A stretch of 64,000 nt of DNA, from positions 18,562 through 82,561 of the IMG/VR virus record IMGVR_UViG_3300021511_000006; one strand, 5' to 3'. The stretch comes from a virus (lineage: Duplodnaviria > Caudoviricetes). The notes below the pieces were generated by a model that saw nothing but the letters and a program-made list of their open reading frames with translations, searched no databases and had not been told where the DNA came from. Position numbers and translations under genes: made by a program. This document shows positions 48,359 through 55,473 of this stretch, one piece after another (positions within the stretch are counted from its first letter, which is position 1; each line of letters starts with the position of its first letter).

Positions 48359-48601
48359 TTACAGCTGATTCATTTTACCATCTGATTTAGTAATCTCCGG
48401 TTGTTTTGGCGGACTTGGAGCTTTTTCATCTACTACTTTTTCTTCCTGTTGTGTTATAATTTTTATATTATTTTCTGACTTTGTAGTCATCGAATAAAAA
48501 TGTGGAACTACAATTGCTATCAAAATAGCAATTATTGATATAGCGACCATTAACTCAAGCAAAGTAAAACCTTTTTGATTATTTATTCTTTGAAGTATCA
48601 T
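48359..48601 (-). CDS. Mini-protein with canonical type IV prepilin cleavage/methylation signal
   Basis: NNQKG|FTLLELMVAISIIAILIAIVVP. Likely start MILQR at 48601. Confidence 0.8.
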   Translation of the reverse strand: MILQRINNQKGFTLLELMVAISIIAILIAIVVPHFYSMTTKSENNIKIITQQEEKVVDEKAPSPPKQPEITKSDGKMNQL

Positions 48602-49016
48602 TTTTATCATTTCTTTGTATAGATTTAAACATAGATAAAACATCCATATTATTAATTAACATATTTTCAATGATTTCTTCTTTCACACCTTGTATAATAT
48701 TATTTCCTTCTCCATTCATTTCGAGAGATGCTAAAATAAACTTATGTTCGTTGCATAGATCAAGTATGGAATTATATATGGTAAAGTGAACTCCATCTGT
48801 TCCATACGTCCAAAGATTATCACCTTTTTTTAAAGATGCTATACAGTCATATATTTCATCAAATGCTTCTGCTTCTTTAGCCTCTTCATATGTCTCATCA
48901 TAATTATTATTTATATATGTTTTTATTTCGTCTTCATTTATATGGAAGCTATTTGGTACCATAACAACAAAGGCAGTTGATGAACTATTTGTAACAAAAT
49001 CAGATTTAATTTTCAT
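48579..49016 (-). CDS. TNSS-motif family protein, copy 4
   Basis: MKIKSDFVTNSSSTAFVV. Confidence 0.8.
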   Translation of the reverse strand: MKIKSDFVTNSSSTAFVVMVPNSFHINEDEIKTYINNNYDETYEEAKEAEAFDEIYDCIASLKKGDNLWTYGTDGVHFTIYNSILDLCNEHKFILASLEMNGEGNNIIQGVKEEIIENMLINNMDVLSMFKSIQRNDKNDTSKNK

Positions 49017-49306
49017 TAGTCATAACATCCTTTATATTCTATATGATCTTCATTTATTCCGATCTCTAATAAAAACCATAACATATCAAAGTTATCCATT
49101 CCTGTATCACCCATAATTAAATCACCCGTTTCACTTATACCCCAACCACTATGATCTGGAGTATACTCCAAAGATTTAGGATGATATTGTTTACAAAATT
49201 CATGATGATTTTGAATAAGAAGAATTTGAATGTTGGATAAGTTTCTTTTTTCAATAATGAAACTAGCACATGAACTGTTAGTTACAAAATCCGTTTTAAT
49301 TTTCAT
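49016..49306 (-). CDS. TNSS-motif family protein, copy 5
   Basis: MKIKTDFVTNSSCASFII. Start at 49306, TAATG-coupled to copy 6. Confidence 0.8.
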   Translation of the reverse strand: MKIKTDFVTNSSCASFIIEKRNLSNIQILLIQNHHEFCKQYHPKSLEYTPDHSGWGISETGDLIMGDTGMDNFDMLWFLLEIGINEDHIEYKGCYD

Positions 49307-49674
49307 TACCGATTTTCCCAACATTCTTCAATATGCCCTGGTTCACTTTCTATTCCAAAACAATCCATAATCTGTTGTTGAACTCTTGTTTTAAATTCAT
49401 TTAATGTTTCATCATCTTTCATTTTGGTATATTCAATACCAACTATTAATCCATCATAATCATAATCAGGACCGGATGTAGAAGTGAGATCGCTTCCCTC
49501 AGTAAAAATATCAGCTTCATAGTTGAATGCTTCTTGAAGATCTATATCTTCTCCTTCTTTTTCTTTAACCTTTTGAATAATATTTTCTGGTACATCATCT
49601 AACTTTATATGAGTTCCAATAACTACAAATGATGATGAACTACTGTTGGTCACAAAATCCATTTTAATTTTCAT
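49306..49674 (-). CDS. TNSS-motif family protein, copy 6
   Basis: MKIKMDFVTNSSSSSFVV. Confidence 0.8.
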   Translation of the reverse strand: MKIKMDFVTNSSSSSFVVIGTHIKLDDVPENIIQKVKEKEGEDIDLQEAFNYEADIFTEGSDLTSTSGPDYDYDGLIVGIEYTKMKDDETLNEFKTRVQQQIMDCFGIESEPGHIEECWENR

Positions 49675-49693
49675 TGTTATTCCTCAATTGATT

Positions 49694-50704
49694 TTATTTA
49701 CAAACTAGTTTTGCTAAATTACCAGTTGAATGTTTACTACCAGTTGGGTGCCCATATTTGTAATGGCATTTTGCGCAAACAGATATTGCATAATCTGGGT
49801 CTAAAGCAAAGAATGGTTCTAATTTTTGTGGTCGTAAATGATGAACTATAGTTGCATGTTCACCACAATAGTGACAAATTTCACTATCTCGTTTTAAGAC
49901 AAACTGATTTAAAGTATTAAGTTCAGCTGAAGTATGGGGTTTATCGGTATCTGTATATGGGTCGTTTTGTAATCCATATAATGGGCAAACTTCTTTACAT
50001 TTCTGGCAACAATAGAAATAACTACCGTCATTTCCATCTTGTTTTTCTAATTGATTTTTTCTACATTGTATTTGCATTAATGTAGGAGTAAACCATCCAC
50101 CTTTTTCTTTTGAATTTTTACAATTGTGATTTTTACAGTGAACCTGAATTTCTTTGGATTTATCTGGATTGTATCTCATTTCTTCAACTTTTGAGAAAAA
50201 TGGGTATTTTTCTTTTATAGTGTCAATGGATAGTTTACTACTAATTCTCATATTACTTATTGTTTTGATAGAGAAACATGCTTTTTTATTTTTATTCCAT
50301 GGGGTTCGACCTTTATTTTTAGAACTTATATTTTTTAGTTGTTCCTTTGTTAAATAATTTTTTTTGCCTTTGTTCCATGGAATATTTCCTTTGTTCGCAT
50401 TGCTCTTTTTCTTTCTTGTTTCTTTAGAATCTTTCCATGTTTTTCCATAATTTGGATTTAACGGTCCTTTTAAAACATTGCTCTTTTTCTTTCTTGTTTC
50501 TTTAGAATCTTTTCTATCCATGGCATAATTTTTTAATATCTCTTTTGTTTTAAGTGTATGTTTTTTTGAAAAGAATGGATTATTTTTATCTGATATTTTT
50601 TTTCGTTGATTTGGGCATTGTCTATAGTGTTTATTGCAACACTGCTTCCCATTTTTAAATTGATATTTAGCTTTTTTTCCGCAACCATAGTTACATAATT
50701 CCAT
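49694..50704 (-). CDS. HNH homing endonuclease with NUMOD3-like repeats
   Basis: CHYCG..VHHLRP..VCAKCH, KDSKETRKKKSN twice, PWNKG/PWNKN motifs. Confidence 0.85.
   Translation of the reverse strand: MELCNYGCGKKAKYQFKNGKQCCNKHYRQCPNQRKKISDKNNPFFSKKHTLKTKEILKNYAMDRKDSKETRKKKSNVLKGPLNPNYGKTWKDSKETRKKKSNANKGNIPWNKGKKNYLTKEQLKNISSKNKGRTPWNKNKKACFSIKTISNMRISSKLSIDTIKEKYPFFSKVEEMRYNPDKSKEIQVHCKNHNCKNSKEKGGWFTPTLMQIQCRKNQLEKQDGNDGSYFYCCQKCKEVCPLYGLQNDPYTDTDKPHTSAELNTLNQFVLKRDSEICHYCGEHATIVHHLRPQKLEPFFALDPDYAISVCAKCHYKYGHPTGSKHSTGNLAKLVCK
50398..50512. repeat. Perfect 37-bp direct repeat (two copies, 50398-50434 and 50476-50512)
   Basis: CATTGCTCTTTTTCTTTCTTGTTTCTTTAGAATCTTT twice, encoding the duplicated NUMOD3-like KDSKETRKKKSN. 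Confidence 0.85.
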
Positions 50705-50722
50705 TTAAGTTTTCCTCTTAAT

Positions 50723-52123
50723 TTACTCGCCTCTAAGAATTTTGTGTGTTACCTCGCTATCAATGGGTTTTACTTTGTTATTTGTAAACAGAAAATATTG
50801 AACTGGCCATTGTTTTTTATTATAAAATTTTTCACGTTTATAGAATGTGTTTGCAATATCTGAACAACCATAATCGACCATATCAACTATAATAGGAGTT
50901 TGTTTATTTTCGCTATTTCGTACAATTCGGCCAGTTATTTGCTCTATATTTGATATTGGAGATGTCATTATAACTGTATCTTTCCATGGTGCATCAATTC
51001 CATCTCTACATTTACCAGGTGTTGCAAATGTTGCTTTTGCATTAAGAGTTTCAAGTCCACCAGAAGCACAAAATTTGGCTTTGCTTTTAATAGGCATCCA
51101 GTCATATAATTCATCAATTAATTTGATTCTTTCAGCCATACATATCAGATCCCTTGTTTTAAATTTGCCTAATAACCCTCTTATCGCTCGCATAAACGGT
51201 TTTGATTTTTTAATGAGGTTGAGGTATCGTGCTCTTTGAAAATCGCCACCCCACCGTATATACTGTGTCCTGCGTGGTGTATCTATTTGATAATCCAAAA
51301 GGAATACAGTAACTTTTGCCCCCATCGTACCTTCTAAATCATCATCTGAAAATATATCACCAAGATGAAATTCGATTATATCACCATTGCCGTCAAACCG
51401 ATATGGTGTAGCACTTAATCCATATGTGTATTTTGCAGGAATATGAATTGAACATTCCGAAAATGTTGGAGCTCCGACTGATGTATGAACTTCATCAGCC
51501 ACACATACTCCAATATTTGCCTCATTTAATTTTATTAAAAACCTCTCACGGTTTCTTTTTAATAATGATAAGAATGTTTGAACCATTGCTATAATAACAG
51601 GTTTATCTAAATCTTTCTCAAATGTGTTTGATCTCAAATCAGCAATATCATTATCTTCGAGATTTGTAAATTGTTTTAATCTATTTCGCCATTGTTTTGC
51701 AAGAGGGTCTCTATGAACTAAAATCATAGATTTTCTCTTTCTTTCAGCAATCATACAAATTGCTATAACAGTTTTTCCAACACCAGGTGCAAGTTGTAAT
51801 GTGGCATTCTCATTTAACATTAAATGTCGAATAGCTCTTTCTTGTGCTTTACTTCTGGGTATTATATTATGTTCAATTTCAATAAGATTACCATCATGCC
51901 TAAAATCTTTTATTTCATAATCAAACATGTATTTTTGAATCGGAAAGTTTCTTGGTATTAAAAGAAACTTTTCCGATTCAAGATAGAATTTATTTATAGT
52001 ATAGATAGACGAATTATATGCCTTCGTCCTTCTTCCCAAGGATTCTTTAATTTTAATATAATAATCATCATATTCATGTTGTCTGGGTATAAGTAGACCA
52101 GATCTTTTAATAATTTCAATCAC
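50723..52123 (-). CDS. Superfamily 2 helicase (UvsW/XPB-like)
   Basis: LAPGVGKT, VADEVH, GLSATPYR, EQITGRIVR. Confidence 0.85.
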   Translation of the reverse strand: MIEIIKRSGLLIPRQHEYDDYYIKIKESLGRRTKAYNSSIYTINKFYLESEKFLLIPRNFPIQKYMFDYEIKDFRHDGNLIEIEHNIIPRSKAQERAIRHLMLNENATLQLAPGVGKTVIAICMIAERKRKSMILVHRDPLAKQWRNRLKQFTNLEDNDIADLRSNTFEKDLDKPVIIAMVQTFLSLLKRNRERFLIKLNEANIGVCVADEVHTSVGAPTFSECSIHIPAKYTYGLSATPYRFDGNGDIIEFHLGDIFSDDDLEGTMGAKVTVFLLDYQIDTPRRTQYIRWGGDFQRARYLNLIKKSKPFMRAIRGLLGKFKTRDLICMAERIKLIDELYDWMPIKSKAKFCASGGLETLNAKATFATPGKCRDGIDAPWKDTVIMTSPISNIEQITGRIVRNSENKQTPIIVDMVDYGCSDIANTFYKREKFYNKKQWPVQYFLFTNNKVKPIDSEVTHKILRGE

Positions 52124-52134
52124 TATCTTATCCT

Positions 52135-52560
52135 CTAATCCGATGAATATGTTGCAGAAGACGTATCTGTTTCAAAGACAGTCACATAATCAATATCAAC
52201 ATACCACATTGTTTTTAATATTTCACCAACATGTTGAAATATATCTTTGGCCATATTCTCTGCTGTTGGTTCATAAGGAACTATAAGGATTTTTGAGGAG
52301 GGTATAATTTCCTTCATTTTTTCAGCAATCTTTTCATCTCTTTTACTGAGCATCAAAGCATGATCCATTGAATCTAAAAATCTTTTGACTACATGTTTTA
52401 GATCTGAGAAATCCATTATCATTCCTTTATCATTTAGTTGCTCACTTTTCAGACCAACAAGGACAGTATAATTATGTCCGTGAATATTTTTGCATGCTCC
52501 ACCATGACGACTAAGCCGATGACCCATAGCGAACGTAAACTCTTTTACTATTCTATACAT
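52135..52560 (-). CDS. queD: 6-carboxytetrahydropterin / 6-pyruvoyl-tetrahydropterin synthase
   Basis: FAMGHRL..CKNIHGHNY, MDFSDLK, DHALML, PTAENMA, VFETDTS. Confidence 0.9.
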   Translation of the reverse strand: MYRIVKEFTFAMGHRLSRHGGACKNIHGHNYTVLVGLKSEQLNDKGMIMDFSDLKHVVKRFLDSMDHALMLSKRDEKIAEKMKEIIPSSKILIVPYEPTAENMAKDIFQHVGEILKTMWYVDIDYVTVFETDTSSATYSSD

Positions 52561-52571
52561 AAATATCTCCT

Positions 52572-52919
52572 TTACAAACCCCTAATTTTTGGGAATGATT
52601 CACTTGTAATCGGATAGTTATCCGTTAGATGTGGTCCATGCCCGCTTCTGTGTTTAAATTCTACCGAAACATCAGCAGTTATTCCCAATTCTAATGCTTG
52701 CATGTGAATTTCACTTACAAGTATTTGAATATTTCTCATAACTAAATTATGTAGAAATTGATGGTCAGGAGGTTCATAAGGATTTTTTTCTCCCATAGCA
52801 TAAGTTATCCAGTCTTTTCTTCCCCGGCCATGACAAGCAGGACACACTCTATCTATTATAGAATGCCCTCTAACAATTTTTCTTCCCCCCACATTCTCTA
52901 CATATATAATCAGTTTCAT
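52572..52919 (-). CDS. Hypothetical protein with CxxC motif
   Basis: CPACHGRG. Coupled to the gyrA stop. Confidence 0.45.
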   Translation of the reverse strand: MKLIIYVENVGGRKIVRGHSIIDRVCPACHGRGRKDWITYAMGEKNPYEPPDHQFLHNLVMRNIQILVSEIHMQALELGITADVSVEFKHRSGHGPHLTDNYPITSESFPKIRGL

Positions 52920-54217
52920 TGAAGTCCATTATATTGCTCCAATACAAAGTTATTTAAATTTGATAAACAGTTATTGTATTCTTTTATTTCATTATTTATT
53001 TCAGTTGTTTCTGTATTCAGAGTGAACATTTTATTAATCCTGTATTTATTGATCAATGCTTTTGCAGTTTCGGCAGAGACATCTGTTGTTTTTTCAATTG
53101 ATTTGAGAGCATCTTCAATATCCCAATTTTTACTGATATATATTCCAAGAGGTTTCCGGATTATCTCCAGAGCTTTATATTCTGCAATAAGTTCAACTAA
53201 TCTTTTAACTTTATGTTTTAACATCTTTTCATTTATTGCACAGAACATCTTGTATGTATCAAGTAGCATATCATCTACTGATTTTACAATAACTTTTTGG
53301 TTTACATCAGTTACAACAATTTCAAAAGGGATGCTCCCTTTAATAACATTTTTTAATTTATTAACAAATTCTTTATAAATCTTATCTCTATTTCGTTCTC
53401 TTAAAACTTGAAATTTAATTTCTGTTTCTGTTACTGAAAGATCAGTAAATCCGATCATTCCATCGTTGAGTTCATTTGAAAACTTTCTTAGAAGTGATTC
53501 AAATTTCTTTCCGGGTGGCCACGATTTTAATATTACCGAATTAGTTCTTGGTTGTTCTATGATCACACCCTCAACTAAAATCTTAGCTTTCCCCGTTGTT
53601 AATAGTTTTTCAATATCTTCTGGTGTTGAAGTTATTGCGCAATTAGTTATCGGGGCAATAATAGGCTTCCTTTTTCTGACACCAAGAAGCCATAATAATC
53701 TTTGCAATAGATCTCTTTCAGCATAACAAGGAATAAATGTTTTGAATCCAAATCCTATTCCTTGAGTGTATTCAGATCCCAATAAACATGCTGGATACAT
53801 AATCGGCAGATGAGACGGCTCTTTATCGTCAAATTCTGTTTGAATCCATTGAACATGATCGACTATTTTGAATGCCATATCAATTGTTCTCTGTTTTGAT
53901 TTACATTCAGTATAACGTGGGGCAGCTGGTCCAATTGATTCAATGCCAACATTTGAACCGAAGTTTCCTTGTCCTGTCAAGAAACCTTGTCTGACCAATT
54001 GAACAATTGTTCCATAACATTCACCATGAGGATGATAATGACCAATCGTATAAGCATCAACTTGTCTTGACTTTGCAAATTTATTTCTAGCAATCTTAAA
54101 TGCTGATAATAATACTCTTCTTTCTACTGGTTTTAAACCATCAACTTCTGATGGAAAATTCCTCCAGTTGGAATATTGACCATAATCTCTATATAGCTTC
54201 GGTAGGTTGTAGTCCAT
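52916..54217 (-). CDS. gyrA: Type IIA topoisomerase subunit A (GyrA/ParC-like, no C-terminal pinwheel)
   Basis: DGLKPVERRVL, GHYHPHGE, GQGNFGS, AAPRYTE (catalytic Tyr). Only 433 aa. Confidence 0.9.
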   Translation of the reverse strand: MDYNLPKLYRDYGQYSNWRNFPSEVDGLKPVERRVLLSAFKIARNKFAKSRQVDAYTIGHYHPHGECYGTIVQLVRQGFLTGQGNFGSNVGIESIGPAAPRYTECKSKQRTIDMAFKIVDHVQWIQTEFDDKEPSHLPIMYPACLLGSEYTQGIGFGFKTFIPCYAERDLLQRLLWLLGVRKRKPIIAPITNCAITSTPEDIEKLLTTGKAKILVEGVIIEQPRTNSVILKSWPPGKKFESLLRKFSNELNDGMIGFTDLSVTETEIKFQVLRERNRDKIYKEFVNKLKNVIKGSIPFEIVVTDVNQKVIVKSVDDMLLDTYKMFCAINEKMLKHKVKRLVELIAEYKALEIIRKPLGIYISKNWDIEDALKSIEKTTDVSAETAKALINKYRINKMFTLNTETTEINNEIKEYNNCLSNLNNFVLEQYNGLQ

Positions 54218-54641
54218 ATTTAGCTATCATCTCCTCTGTCATATTTATTAGATACTTTGACTTTGACATTATTGGAAAATTTGGTACTCCCAAAATATGA
54301 GCAGATGTTAAATCTTTTCCTTGAACTATTTGTAAAGGATCAAAAAAGCCTGTACTGGGAGAATATGCAATAACTCGTTCATATTGATGAAGTCCAAAGA
54401 TATATGAATAATCAGTTATTCGACTATCTGCCCAAGGCCACGGCCATCTCTCGCCTTTTAATGCTATTTTTGAATCTACTTTTTGTAAAAACTCTACTGT
54501 TAGTTCTTCAAACATTACAGGGCTTATTTGAATTAGTATATCCGTTGGAATATTCACCGGATGTCCATCTTTATATAAGCTCCCAATCCAGTCAGTTTTA
54601 TTATCATCTCTGATAATATAAAAATCAGCTCTCGTTCCCAT
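54189..54641 (-). CDS. Hypothetical protein
   Basis: MGTRADFYI...DGHP N-terminus typical of phage hypothetical proteins. Confidence 0.55.
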   Translation of the reverse strand: MGTRADFYIIRDDNKTDWIGSLYKDGHPVNIPTDILIQISPVMFEELTVEFLQKVDSKIALKGERWPWPWADSRITDYSYIFGLHQYERVIAYSPSTGFFDPLQIVQGKDLTSAHILGVPNFPIMSKSKYLINMTEEMIAKYGLQPTEAI

Positions 54642-54861
54642 AACACTCCTCTTCTAAATTCTGCACTTTTTTACAATATTTGATTAGTCTCTTATCTGAT
54701 AAATCGCCAAGATAACCACCTATAATTTTTCTATATAACCAATAATCATCAATAAATAAATGTTTGTGTTCTCTAATTTTAGAACACAACTGACGTCTTA
54801 TTCTTTTTCTTAGTCTACTGTGGTGTTCTAATATTTGAGATAAAATTCTAACTGGTTCCAT
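54625..54861 (-). CDS. Hypothetical basic protein
   Basis: 78-aa ORF in the operon. Confidence 0.45.
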   Translation of the reverse strand: MEPVRILSQILEHHSRLRKRIRRQLCSKIREHKHLFIDDYWLYRKIIGGYLGDLSDKRLIKYCKKVQNLEEECYGNES

Positions 54862-54865
54862 TCTT

Positions 54866-55165
54866 TTATCCTTTCATAATTTCACGAACTATGTCACCAC
54901 TTTCTGAAAGTTCCAAATCACCATTTTCTGCAATTTTAATATCTTCATAAGGAGCAACAATACGTCTATATAGTTCCAACTTTGCTGCCTCTAATACTCC
55001 TATACAATCGTTTAAGGTTGCATATGACAAACCGTGAGATTCTATATACTTATGAAGCAAAATAGTAATACAATAGTTTAAGTCTCCTTGGCCAGTTGTA
55101 TGTGGTCCAATTTCCTTAAGATGTTTATCAAATAGAGTTCTTCTGTTTTTCTCTATATATGGCAT
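54866..55165 (-). CDS. Conserved phage helical protein (DUF6899-like)
   Basis: MPYI..GDLNYCIT..GVLEAAKLELYRRIVAPYEDIKIAENGD. Confidence 0.65.
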   Translation of the reverse strand: MPYIEKNRRTLFDKHLKEIGPHTTGQGDLNYCITILLHKYIESHGLSYATLNDCIGVLEAAKLELYRRIVAPYEDIKIAENGDLELSESGDIVREIMKG

Positions 55166-55169
55166 ACTC

Positions 55170-55328
55170 TCACCTCTTTAATTTACAAAACAAGGGTTTC
55201 TTCCCTTTTTGGGGTTCTAGCTTTTTCCCCGTCTTCGTCTTTCCCCAATGACAAATCATTTGACTATTGTCATTGATTTTCATAAGATCACATGCTGTAC
55301 AGTCACTAGTTATTGCTTTAGTTTTCAT
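55170..55328 (-). CDS. Small Cys-containing protein (52 aa), not in the ORF track
   Basis: MKTKAITSDCTACDLM..CHWG..FCKLKR with AAGGAG SD. Confidence 0.5.
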   Translation of the reverse strand: MKTKAITSDCTACDLMKINDNSQMICHWGKTKTGKKLEPQKGKKPLFCKLKR

Positions 55329-55473
55329 TAGCTTTCTCCTTTTTATATATTCTTTCTATCTTTTTAATATAGAATCTAGCCAATTTGTCACAACCTATAT
55401 CAACATTCATTTTACAACAACTTCTTACAATACATTCTTTACATACTTCTGGTGTATTATTTGAGGAATCCAA
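55318..55473 (-). CDS. Small Cys-rich protein (51 aa, TTG start), not in the ORF track
   Basis: (M)DSSNNTPEVCKECIVRSCCKMNVDIGCDKL... with a GGAG SD 9 nt upstream. Overlaps both neighbours. Confidence 0.4.
   Translation of the reverse strand: MDSSNNTPEVCKECIVRSCCKMNVDIGCDKLARFYIKKIERIYKKEKANEN

Noticed and set aside
50398-50512. 37-bp direct repeat as a possible CRISPR array
   Set aside because: Only two copies, in frame within an HNH gene and encoding a duplicated peptide. No cas genes or leader.
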